Source: Octopus sinensis | Taxonomy: Eukaryota | Direction: 5' to 3' | Assembly (NCBI RefSeq): GCF_006345805.1 | Contig: NC_042999.1 | Span: 25,854,001-25,918,000 of the forward strand | DNA length: 64,000 nucleotides | In this document: piece after piece, positions 9,756 to 22,549 of the stretch | Numbering within the stretch: the first letter of the stretch is position 1 | Layout of the letters: each line of letters begins with the position of its first letter | Position numbers and translations under genes: made by a program | The notes under the pieces: generated by a model | What the model saw: the letters and a program-made list of their open reading frames with translations, nothing else | What the model was told of the DNA's origin: nothing | Databases searched by the model: none

Positions 9756-10988
9756 TGAGTGAATATAACTGTACACTTACAGCTGTGGATCCCCACAGTA
9801 AAAAACCTGTAAGAGTAGAGCTATATTCACTCATTTATTTTTATGAATGCATTTATGAGTACGATTACAATTAATAAATAGATCTAGTTGCCTTAAATAT
9901 ATATATATATATAATATATATATATATATATAATATATATTAATATATATATATATAATATATATATTATATATATATATGTATATGTATATGTATATGT
10001 ATGAAGGACGGAAATACAGTAGGAAAACCCCCCGAAATAGCGAGTACTTTGATATATTTGTTCAGCATCGGATTACAAATACTACCTTGTCAATCTCAAC
10101 GTCAAAAATCTAGGGAACCTTAAGATTAGTCCTTGGAAAAATTTAGTTGCTGGCTCATTCGTTTACTAATGGAGGCATCAAATAAAAAGAGATAGTTGAA
10201 AGTAGCACCTCCAAATATTAAGTAAGTGAAAGTTTGCTGCGAAGAACTCTATCGTAAATAATGATTACTCTTTGAACTCAAAATATCCTCTGCTGCATAC
10301 ACGCAACTTATTCTCACAATACAACAAATACTAAAATTATTCTCTATTGTTCCACATGTATAGAAATTTTGAACAATTCGCCGATAGATTTGAGCTATGG
10401 CCTTCCTTTAGACATAAATCAGTCATGGTTTACATAGTGAGAAATGAAGCCAAAATATCTAAACTTTTTTGCTATAAAATAAATACAAACTCTATATTTA
10501 TGCTGCTCTTTAATGTCAAGATAGTTTAATCTTCTTAGATAAAACACTTTCCAGAAATGATCATACTCTGTTTTGTTCAGTTAGAGTGCACCCAGAATTA
10601 CGTTATCCGATATATCATCTTACTATTTCGAGACAATAACTGTAAGATTTATGATACTGTCGGAACGGCGAGTGATTTAGAAGAGCCTAACTTATTGGTT
10701 CATATAATTTATTTGGTTTCATTGATATTTAGCACCTTCACAGTTCTCTGGAAACAAACATATTCAAAATAATTCCAATTATGACCATCACAATTTATTA
10801 CTAAATATCGTACGACCAGGATTACATTACACACTGCAATCGACCAGTGAAAGTGCCTTAAGGAATATTTCGCGGTCATTTATAAGCAAAAGATTAAGCA
10901 ACATTTATAAGCAAAAGATTAAGCAACAGCCTTCTCAATCGGATCATTTAGTGTACTTTCCCGATACGTCCGTGCTGTAATGTCATAC

Positions 10989-11217
10989 TCTCTCTTTACT
11001 CTTTTACTCTTTTACTTGTTTCACTCATTTGACTGCGGCCATACTGGAGCACCGCCTTTAATCGAGCAACTCGACCCCGGACTTATTCCTTTGTAAGCCC
11101 AGTACTTATTCTATCGGCCTCTTTTGCCGAACCGCTACGTGATGGGGACGTAAATACACCAGCATCGGTTGTCAAGCAATGCTGGGGGAACAAACACAGA
11201 CACACAAACACACATAC

Positions 11218-11278
<61 letters not shown>

Positions 11279-11445
11279 CATATATACGACAGGCTTCTTT
11301 CAGTTTCCGTCTACCAAATCCACTCACAAGGCATTGGTCGGCCCGGTGCTATACCAGAAGACACCTGCCCAAGATGCCACGCAGTGGGACTGAACCCGGA
11401 ACCATGTGGTTGGTTAGCAAGCTACTTACTACACAGCCACTCTGT
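10989..11445 (-). mobile_element. tRNA-derived SINE (major octopus family, internal TA/TG microsatellite), full length
   Basis: Reverse strand: AGTGGCTGTGTAGTAAGTAGCTTGCTAACCAACCACATGGTTCCGGGTTCAGTCCC ... GACGGAAACTGAAAGAAGCC ... (AAAAGAGT)n tail; many copies in the window. Confidence 0.92.
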
Positions 11446-12179
11446 ATCTATATTTAAGGCCGACACGGTTAAGTGAAAGTGGCTAATGGCAAACCCATAC
11501 TATGAGAGGGTCTCTAAATTTAATTCCTCCGGTGATAGGATGGACAAGGAATTGCTTGTATGTAATCATGAACTTTTGTTAGATCTCTGTTACTGCCCGG
11601 GCTTGTGGATGTTATTCTAGTCGCGGTTTTTTCATTTACTTTACCTTTTCTTGTTTGAATTGTATTGTTTGTATAGAAGTAAAGTGGGAAACCTGGAATT
11701 TGGGAACATTTTCTCACGTATAAGTCAAGGCAAGTTACTCAAACGTTAAAGGCGTCATGTTTCAGTGTACGTGGATATTGAGAGTCAAACATTTTTATAG
11801 TGTGTAGCTGAACAGATAAGGATTGATTGTATGTGCGTAGGCATAAAAAATGATTGTACACAAAGTCTGTGAAGTGTGTGAAACTATTTGACATGTCACA
11901 CAGTCTGAGCGCGTATGAGTAGTTATTGGTAAATGAAAATTATTCAGTGGTGGTCTGTACTTTTTATGAATATATTTTCTTTGTTTAATCGAGTTTGAAC
12001 ATTTTTAAACTTTGTTTTTTCTTACATTATTATCTCTTAATCCATACGTTGTTACTTTGCCTCTCTCTCTCCCTTTCTTTTCCTTTTCGTCTTCTCTTCC
12101 TCTTTTATTCCCGTTTCTTATCGTATTTATTTTTCTTCTCATCCTGCCAGTCAAGTTCAAAAGATTTTGTTCTCCCTCT

Positions 12180-12350
12180 GTTTTTTTTTTATATTCTCTC
12201 CCCACTTATCTCTTCGTGTTCCTTTGTGTTGAAGACCGTAGGCTCGAAACGTAAAAGATTTTCTCGCCTTGCCGAGCGCCAAACTAATGCACCTGGTTGA
12301 TATTTATACACCTATCTTCGTCTTTTATTTTCTGATATATTCTGATGTGT
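12180..12350 (+). mobile_element. PLE family C partial terminal repeat with degenerate hammerhead (12218-12257)
   Basis: CUUU-GUGUUGA-A-GACC(GUAG)GCUC-GAAACGUA/AAAG; C3G substitution and a stem II mismatch. Confidence 0.7.
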
Positions 12351-12400
12351 AAATATGTATATATACATAAATATGTGTATATATATATGTATATATTTAC

Positions 12401-12461
<61 letters not shown>

Positions 12462-12463
<2 letters not shown>

Positions 12464-12927
12464 CGGACCCCCGTCCTCGCCGTGAGCGAGAATTAATCAT
12501 CTCTCTTTGCTTCTTTTCACCACATGGTCTCAACTCTCCTACCCTCTTCCTCTCACACCTACTTCCTCCACCCGCCTCTTTCTCTTGCTCTGGCACGTAC
12601 TTCATCGCTTCACTTCTAACCACCTTCTCCCGTCATCGTCACCCCTCCCTCGTTATCCCACCCTACACATTCCAACCCACCATCCCTATAAATCCCATCC
12701 CATCCCTAGCTCTCCTGTATGAACCCTCTGTCCGGCATTCGCCATGATATTTAGCTAGCCACTAAACCTTGTTTTAATTTCTCTCCCTGTTTACTTATGT
12801 GTTCCTTTCTATCGAAGAGTGTAGGGTCGAAACGTAAAAGACCTCACTTCCCGAGCGTTTTTAAACTAATACTCTGTTTGTTGCTTACACACCCGTCTTC
12901 GCCTTTTGTCTTTGTTTGTAAATTCTC

Positions 12928-12930
<3 letters not shown>
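12462..12930 (+). mobile_element. PLE 3' end: GIY-YIG C-terminus, pyrimidine-rich UTR, family C terminal repeat with degenerate hammerhead (12805-12840)
   Basis: PDPRPRRERELIISLCFFSPHGLN resembles the Penelope endonuclease C-terminal motif (RE..LIF.LGTL.P.GLN). Followed by CUUU-CUAUCGA-A-GAGU(GUAG)GGUC-GAAACGUA/AAAG. Confidence 0.7.
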
Positions 12931-12985
<55 letters not shown>

Positions 12986-13061
12986 TAAAACTTGTATGAT
13001 ACAGCAGCATTTTCGAACTTCATTTTTTACAAATATATATATATGTATATTATATATATAT

Positions 13062-13122
<61 letters not shown>

Positions 13123-15374
13123 AAAGTATGTATGTACACACAGTGCGGGTTTTACGTCTTGGACATCGTTCACATCCTTTCACCGGAAAATGAGGACATT
13201 CGAATATTTGTAGGTAATCCTACCAGGGTCTTGTTTTCTTTTCGGAGTGAATGCTTGCACAGTGTTTCATTCTTGTAACTGTTTCAGCAACCCGTGTAAG
13301 CCACTTTGTCCTTAGCCCTTAATAGCGAGTCAGACTTTATTTAGACGATTTCCTTTCAGATTTTATCTCTACCAACTTCCACTCTTATGCTTCTGGTCAA
13401 CTCGAGGCGAAAAGGTCACGTACTTTCACCTGCTGTCCGGCAAAGGAATCTGACCTAAGACCAAGTGGTTCCGACGAATATTCCTTAACCCCAGGGAAAC
13501 AGTTGTGTCAATAATTTTCCGGTCCATTTTTATGGAAATTGGAAACATGATTTACAACGAATATCAATGGAATTGGGAATCAAGAGATGAGGAGTGACCA
13601 AAAAGCAAAAAAACAAAACAAAAAAAAACCAAAACAAAATCGACAAAACGAAAAAAAAAAAACAAATCAAACGAAAACATGTACAATAACTTTCTTATGC
13701 TCTCAGTATTCTACATCATCATTACCCAGGATATCACATTTCAGTTTAAAAGATATTTAATTGAAATGGTAGTCTTAAGCAAATGCATTTCAGTTTAGAA
13801 AATTTTCAATTTGTTTTTGGCGCTCCTATGGATATCACATATTCCTGTCTTTATTTTGTTTCCATATCATCTGCCATAATGATTTTGTTTCTCTCTCTCT
13901 CTCCCCTCTCTCTCTCTCTTTATTTTTTTTTCTTGCCTGTGAAGATTTCCATAGATTCTGTGCTGCAAAAATACTTTATTTCTAACATTAACACAATCAA
14001 GTGAAATGTCAGTTGTCATTGTGTCTAATATTGTAAAATATCATAATGCAGAAGCCCAATGGGAGTGAACGTAAAGTATATTCTCAGAGGGACACAGCGA
14101 GAGTGAGTGTAGCACATGAAATGAAGGTTGTATGAAAATGTCAGTGTAAAGCCAAAATTGAAACGGAAAGTGAGATACCTGTTCTATTGGCTATTTAGAT
14201 ATGATGTAGTTTGAGTATCCATGGAAATTGCAAAACTTTCTGAGATAGCGTCAGATGGTATTCTTTTTTTAAATATGTGTATGCAACAAAATAAATTATG
14301 ATTAATATGAAAGACGTTATGAGTTATTTCCAGTGGCTACTATCAGAGTAATGCTCAGAAGATATGGTGCACATGAAATTATAGTTGTTTACGTTTAATG
14401 AACACAATCATATTCATATTTTATCATCTACGTCATTCATATTTCCATTATCAAAATGCTTGCCATTCGTCGTTTGAAATATTTTCTCACAATTGTTTGT
14501 TTTAGTATTATTTTGCAAATCCACCTTGGCTATGAATGTAGTAAATTCCCCCTGTTAAATTGCCCATGTCTGTTGGGAGACGAGAAAGGAATACTATTTT
14601 GTTGAACAAGTACGTTATAGATTTCCTCGCTTCCAAATCAAAATTCAGATTAATATTTTGCTTCAAAACATGTTAATAGAAATATGAAAAACTTAACGTT
14701 TATAATTAATCTGTCCTACGTATTCATTACTGCTAATAATTACTACTTTTTGTTTTTCATTTTTCATTTTCTCTCCGCGAGCGATATTATAATAAATGAA
14801 AAGTTTATAATTTATCGAGTATGCCATTCATTATACATTCCACATCGTACACGATATACATACGTGTGTGTTTGCGTGTGTATATGCATGTGTGTGTATA
14901 TGTGTGTATGTGTGTGTATGTGTGTGTGTGTGTGTGTGTTTGTGTGTGATGCATACACATATATTTATACAGGACAAGCTACTTCAAAGTTTGCATGTAG
15001 AAAATTTTTTCCCATTCCAATGTATTGCTCAACTAGCGTGGCAGCGAAACTGCAAATTGGAAATAATGGAAGCGAAATTCCTAACCATATCTGAATTGAT
15101 ATATATTTGTTATATGTTTACGGATTGTAGTTACCAAAAAGCAACTTTTCACAGATTGTGATTCTAATGAAACTTTTAGGGAAGTGGCTGCAAATTTCAC
15201 ATTGGTAGACTAAAACTTTTCACTCTAGTAAATGCCATAATGCTAGAACATAAAATAGGAATGTGACAAATGATTGTATTTTGACTTGGAGCAATATCTA
15301 ACATTGACGTTCCATATGATACCACATCAAGAATGTGGAAATATCATATTTTGAGAACAAAGAATGATACTTAC

Positions 15375-15512
15375 AAGTCGATAGTGCATCAAGCACCGGA
15401 CTTATAGCAGCCATACAAGTGTGACGTTCATCGTATCGTTGACAAGCAATGTCAATATCCGGAATGTAAATATCCACGCTTGCATTATACAATAAACACA
15501 GTCCTCTATTTC
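15375..15512 (-). CDS. Candidate coding exon (phase 1-1, 138 nt), Cys-containing, product unknown
   Basis: TTAG|GA AAT...ACT T|GTAAGT. One open frame: NRGLCLLYNASVDIYIPDIDIACQRYDERHTCMAAISPVLDALST. Perfect donor, weak polypyrimidine tract, no homology recognised. Confidence 0.3.
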
Positions 15513-15552
15513 CTAAGATATTGGGTTTACCTCTTCCGCCATCACAAGCAGA

Positions 15553-15592
<40 letters not shown>

Positions 15593-15753
15593 CTAAAAAT
15601 AGGATAAAATCCTTATAAGAATTTATCAAGTAGACAGCGTGAAAAATCTCATAAGAGAAAACTTATTAATCATTCCCTTTAAATTGTTTTGACTTTAAGA
15701 ATCCCTCGTATCGTGAGGCATTTATGTATAGTAATGCTCTATATGTATACATA

Positions 15754-15795
<42 letters not shown>

Positions 15796-16084
15796 CAAAA
15801 TGTCACCGCTTGTGTACCGTTATATATATAAGTGGATAGCCAAACAGGAAGAGGGAGAGAGAGAAGAGAGAGAAAATGCAGGTCATATGTTAAGTTTTTG
15901 TTATGTATAATGCATGGCTAACAATAACATGAATTTTTACAGTTCAAAAAGGATAACTATCTCACTGAATGTATGGCCGTGGGACTAACAACAACATAAT
16001 CCTCCTCCTTCTCATCCTTGTCTATCATGAACCTCAACTACAACAATCTAGAGACATTATTATCACGAATCCTAAAATTATATT

Positions 16085-16250
16085 GTTATATTTCCGGGTT
16101 CCATGGACTGAAAGTTACACCTGACTTGAATGGGGCAACGTGATATGAAGCACTTTCCTTAAGAACATATCGTACTGCCCGGCTCTGGTAGCGAAACCAC
16201 GATTTCGCGATCATAAATGCAACGGGCCACCCACCTTCACTGCTGAACTG
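16085..16250 (-). mobile_element. Old SINE remnant
   Basis: GGCAACGTGATATGAAGCACTTTCCTTAAGAACA...GAAACCACGA resembles a reversed CORE-type SINE body; highly diverged. Confidence 0.35.
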
Positions 16251-17179
16251 ACAGCGGTCCGGCTGTAAGTAGGTACGTTATATAAGTAGAATGTACATTG
16301 TTTCAGAAATCATAGATTCTCCCGAGATTGATAAAGAGATAGGCAGATAGGCACAATGAGTTTCTGTACCGTTTTTGCAGCCAAATTTTATTTATAAATT
16401 AAAATAAATCATTTTATCAATTGTATACGATTTCTTGAATTATTCTTTTCCTTTTAGCGGTCCAATTCCTCCTGAAACATTAATCATTGCAATTACTTAT
16501 TTTCTAAAATGATCCTATGCAATGCATTAAAAAATTATAAAATTTCTATAAATGTCACTCTACTTCAGCAGATCCTAGCTGAGATCATTATTGACTTCTC
16601 TGTGTGCGGCATTGCTAATGTGTTGCATCTAACGTTTGGCACTGTGGTAATCCTATTAAATGATTGTCAGCCATAACGATGATATTCTCTGAGTAGCCAC
16701 TCTAAGTAAACCGTCTTCCGCAGTCATTAAGAGTAGACATTAGGTTTCACTGTCGAAATCGACACGACAACCTAAAATCAAACTGAAAATATCTACGAAA
16801 TTGTAATTTCTAGATATTTTATATTTTACTTAGTTACGCCTTATCAGACGTTAAATTGAGTGAATGTGAAACCATGCGACGGACTTGTGTTTGTGAGGAG
16901 CGTTAAATATTTTAGTCATGCAAGATCAATAGCAAAAGAGAATAGCAGCGACTAGTGAAAACATTTATTTCATTCGAGGATACTTTATATTGAATGATCA
17001 ATATATAGCATAGAATAAAAGCAATTAGTATAAAATACACTGAACAATAACGTTAAATATAAAATACTAAGCAAATGCATCTTTGAAATTCAATAATGCC
17101 AACGAATGCCTAATGTAAACTATGCTTTCCTTTAGTATTGTGACAGACCTAAATTTTACACCAGTCTGTCTGTGTGTCT

Positions 17180-17210
17180 ATGTATGTATGTATGTATGTA
17201 TGTTTGTTTG

Positions 17211-17282
<72 letters not shown>

Positions 17283-17309
17283 CATCATCTATCTATCTAT
17301 CTATCTATC

Positions 17310-17361
<52 letters not shown>

Positions 17362-17422
17362 CTATATCTATCTATCTATCTATATCTATCTATCTATCTA
17401 TCTATCAATCTATCTATCCATC

Positions 17423-17482
<60 letters not shown>

Positions 17483-17484
17483 CA

Positions 17485-17516
<32 letters not shown>
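17180..17516. repeat. (TATG)n-(TATC)n-(TA)n compound microsatellite
   Basis: Visible directly. Confidence 0.95.
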
Positions 17517-18253
17517 AGTAATGTTTATTGCAATTTAAACATGACCGTTACGTCGGAACAGACATTACTGATATTTTTAACCCCAGCAAGACTCCCCTTC
17601 CAGCTGGTTATTCGATGCAACCTACACTCGGCATATATTACAAACAGGGGAGTTAACCCCTACCATCTTTCAGCCAAGTGACCACCAGCCCGTACGTGTT
17701 CGTACGGGCTCTTTGTGGTGATACCTCTTTGTGTTGATACTCGATGTTAGATGCTCGTCGGCCAGAGATGGCAATAGTTCACTTCAGCTCGCAATAGAGA
17801 GAAATTCAATGACGCAGTTTCTGATCTTGCAACAAGCAAATTAGCTAGTTAAAAAATTTCTATAAGACATATAGATGTGTACTCATATATTTTTTGTTTA
17901 TTGTATATTTTATGTCTCTTCATATTTTTCTTATTTATTCTCTTCTTTGATTTAGTACTAGAAAAATATTGACAAGTGTCTGCAACATCGCAACGGAATC
18001 TGTTATTCGTGCTCATCTGCTCAAATCTACGGTCCCTAACATGTATTAACACCGAGCGAAACGGTTTATTTAACTAGATATCCCTCACAGCATCACCTGG
18101 CGAGAAACTTCTTCACCGAGGGATGTACCACAACCACTTGTACTGTATCTTTCCCGTGAGGGATCGATAGGCTAGGTCGAATCGATCGTTGTAAACAGGA
18201 AAGCTTTTCATATACGTTCTATTTCCCGTCTTTATCATTTATCTTATATATAT

Positions 18254-18425
18254 GCGCAGGAGTGGCTGTGTGGTAAGTAGCTTGGTTACAAACCACATGG
18301 TTCCGGGTTCAATCCGACTGCGTGGCACCTTGGGCAAGTGTCTTCTACTTTAGCCTCGGACCGATCAAAGCCTTGTGAGTGGATTTGGTAGACGGAAACT
18401 GAAAGAAGCCCGTCGTATACGTATA

Positions 18426-18482
<57 letters not shown>

Positions 18483-18690
18483 CTGTGTTTGTCACCCCAA
18501 CATCGCTTGACAACCGATGTTGGTGCGTTTACGTCCCCATAACTTAGCGGGTCCGCAAAACAGACCGATAGTATAAGTACTAGGCTTACAAAGAATACGT
18601 CCTGGGGTCGATTTGCTCGACTAAAGGTGGTGCTACAGCATGGCCGCAGTCATATAGCTGAAACAAGTAATAGAGTAAAATAATAAAAGA
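18254..18690 (+). mobile_element. Major tRNA-derived SINE, full length
   Basis: A box TGGCTGTGTGG, B box GGTTCAATCC; body and tail as 10989-11445. Confidence 0.92.
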
Positions 18691-19509
18691 AAGTTTATTT
18701 GTGTGTGTGTGCGTGTATGTAGGTATGTATCTATACTTACATATGTACATAGATGTAATTAGATATTACTCGACAGGTTAGTTGTACGAATGGCATATAA
18801 GTGAATATCTTTGGAAGAGTTAACCTCTCAGTACAAAATTCAATGAATGTTATTCTTCCAGATTGCAATATATTTAACTTGTTGAGTGTACTATTCTCTA
18901 CGCAAGCGACACATATTCTCGCTTACAAGTCTCCCATTGACTTTGCCGAATGGGAACGTTAGAGGGATAATGCTTAATGCTCGAATATTTAACATAAATT
19001 TCCCTCCTTTATAAATAAAACTTAATAAAGCTTCTTTCAAAGTTTGGGGAATATCTCACCTCTTAAGGCGTTTTGCAACATTTTCTTGAGAGGTTTTGTT
19101 AAACCTTGTTTGCGATATTTATGAGAATTGCTTGGAGAATTGCTTGAAGCCTGTTGTTGAGATTAAGCTTTTGCCTTCTATGACCAGCATGACATATTAC
19201 TATTGTATGTTATTAATATTAATTGTTGCTTTCCACTAGTAAACTTATAAAACAGAAATTTAAAATCGAAAAATCATTACACGCACACACACATAAATAT
19301 ATATGGGTGTGTGTGTTTGTGTATGCATGCACATACATATGCATACATACAAAGATACTTCACTGTATATGTATTATAAAAATGTAAGACAGTATATTGG
19401 AAGTAGATGCTCACAACAAACGCGGTTAGCTTAATATCGGGTGACACGCATTTGTTGAGTTCTATATTCCTTAATATTTTCACCATGCATTTTTTAAATC
19501 CCTTCTCCA

Positions 19510-19930
19510 TTACTTGTTTCAATCATTGAACTGTGGCTAGGTTGGAGCAATCGCTTTCAAGGATTTTAGTCGAAAGATTCGACCCCGCTACTTATGTTTT
19601 CAAGCTTGCTACTAATGCAACCGGTCTCTGTGCCATACCGCTATGTTATGGGGTCGTGAACCACTGTCAAATGGTGGAAGGAAAGAAGCACAAACAGACA
19701 GACAGACACGCACACACACAGACACGCACACACACAGACACGCACACTCACGCATATATCTATATACGACGGTCTTCTTTCGGTTTCCGTCTACAAAATT
19801 CACCCCAAAGGATTTGGTCAGCCCGGGGCTTTAGTGGAAAACATTTGCCTGAGTTGTTAGTCAGGGGGCCTGAACGTGGAGCTATTTTGGTTAGGAAGTA
19901 AACTTCTCACCACAAAGCCTTGACTGCGCC
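19510..19930 (-). mobile_element. Major SINE family, diverged copy
   Basis: TTACTTGTTTCAATCATTG...GATTCGACCCC...TTCTTTCGGTTTCCGTCTAC...TCTCACCACAAAGCC. Confidence 0.8.
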
Positions 19931-20869
19931 AAAACAAGTTCTCAGCTCCTATTCATATATATTTTACAACGGTTACATTATAAAAAAAACAACAACAACA
20001 AATACATAGATTTATATGTGTGCATGAATGTACATAAACTAATGCAGATGTTTGCCGTATGCATGGCTGTCATTTACGATGTCCTTGACATATACACACT
20101 CTTAGGTAACACTGATAACAGAAAATAAATATTAATCGATATTTCACCATAAGACCCTAGCTAGGAGAGTTCATCGCACCTGATACCCTCAGCTATGAAA
20201 AAAAATTCAAATAAAGAAATGTGTAAATTTCGCTTGCATTATTCAGTAAACTGCACTATGTACCGACGCTGTCTTGCTAATGGGTGGTCATACTAGCGAG
20301 TGTAACGTGATCCGATCCTATGTTTGCCAAACCTGAATGGCAAATGCTTAAATCGTTACAAAAGTCGCTTCCAATATCACCTACGAATTTGATCTGGATT
20401 TCTATGCGTCACTTTCAGAAAACATTAAACCGACATGTATCGTTTTAAATGGTGGAGTCTGAAAACATCACCGTCTCGATCGATCAGAATGCTAATATCT
20501 GATGTATTGTCGACATCCAATCCCCATTTCAGTGTACAACATGTATGTATCTATGTAGATTTCTGCATGTATAGGTATATATTTTCAGGATAAGCAGCAA
20601 TGGTATTGTCAAAATTGTATTTTTGAATTAGATACAAGTTTGTTTTTGACGTTAGAAATCTCAACAGCTCTCTGCTATAAAGCACACGTCTTTTATTCGT
20701 TTATCATTTACATGCTTCAGTCATTAAATTTGTCATAAACTTGTCATGATGTGACATCCTCTTCTGTAGCTGAGGGATATAAAACGACACAGCATAAACA
20801 ACACTGGCTCTTTTAGACCGTTGTAAATGCTAACAGAGATATACAAACACAACTTTTCTACACATATAA

Positions 20870-20886
20870 TCGGGATATATATATAT

Positions 20887-20934
<48 letters not shown>

Positions 20935-21128
20935 TATATATATATATATATACATATATATATGTATACATATATACACACATATATATGTATGTATGTA
21001 TATATATATATAGATATAGATATATATACATACATATAAATATATATACATATATATATATATGTATAATTATACATATAATACATTTATATGTATGTAT
21101 ATATACATTCATATATATGTAGGTATAC

Positions 21129-21164
<36 letters not shown>

Positions 21165-21210
21165 GTATGTATATATATACATATATATGTGTGTGTATAT
21201 ATATACACAT

Positions 21211-21243
<33 letters not shown>

Positions 21244-21245
21244 AG
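20870..21245. repeat. (TA)n/(CA)n compound microsatellite
   Basis: Visible directly. Confidence 0.95.
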
Positions 21246-22477
21246 ACAAGATATAAATAATTGTCGTTACATATTTTACCTTTATTATAATATATGGAAC
21301 TGTTTCCTATAATCAGAATAGGGGTGTTACTGATATGTTTATTCAACTGCCTCATCGATCAGTAGAACAATGATAGGAGTGGTACTTGTATGGGTGGGAA
21401 AAGGGTTGAGAAAAAGAGAAGGAAAAAGGCACGTGGAATAGAGATAAAGAGGAAATGGGAGAGAGAAGTTACGATTTGGAAGGGAAGTACTATTTTGGGT
21501 CACGGAAAGAAAGAAGAGAGGAAGGGTCACTCGATAAGCAAGAATATATATATATATATATATATACATACGTAGGCTTACACATATAGATGCATTTGTA
21601 TCGTTTGTAGGTGCATATAGAAGTTTGTGCATTTGTATATATTCTTTCGATGAATACACTAAATAGTGTGTGAGTAGGCAGTGGCTTGCTCACCATGCCT
21701 GCCAAGAATTGTTGCTGTCTGTGATTAATCAGAATCATTCAATTATTCAACACAGACTAAAACGGCCACATTTATAGTTTAGTACCTCTACTTCTCGTAA
21801 TCTTCAAAATTGGGATTGGATTGAACTGTGTGATTGCCCCACTGTTTTTGTTATCTGAGATGCTGTCATACCCTGCCATGTCTTTAGAACATCTTCTAAT
21901 GTTGTTTACCTTCACTAGAATATAAACTATGACACTGTTTAGACTTTCTAAACAGGAGTCGAAAATCGAAATACGTGAGTCACTCATCAAGAGTATGCTG
22001 TTTGCACCACGGGAGGCTGTGCACTTTGCATACAGTATCCTCACATAGACAGTCTAAAAAGTGTTTCTTCTGACGTCTTTGACCCTCTGTATAAACACAG
22101 CAAAACTGTTGAACCATCTAGAAATCCAGAAATAGTTCACAAATTTACTTGCATGAACCCCAGTATCACAAACAACCCCTCTCCACAGTCAAAATTCACA
22201 GACGTATTGCAGAAGTAGCTCGGCTGACATAGAGAATCCGAGAGAATAAAAATCTAATAATGCATATCAATATTGTAGCGTTGTCAGCTGACTACTTTAT
22301 GAGCATATACTTTAGACAAGAGTGACGTCTCAATACTTTCCATTTAGGCTGCCTGAGACGGATTCTAAACATTAGGTGAACTAAACAAATCATCAACAAC
22401 TAGGTCCCTCTAACTTATTCCACGTTTTGTTATTGGCAGCTTTTAGAATTTTGCGATATTGAAATATACTACATCTG

Positions 22478-22547
<70 letters not shown>

Positions 22548-22549
22548 TA

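Noticed and set aside
18254-18335. tRNA gene at SINE heads (also 5611, 24391, 34340)
   Set aside because: A and B boxes are present but there is no complete cloverleaf, and each continues into a multi-copy SINE body.
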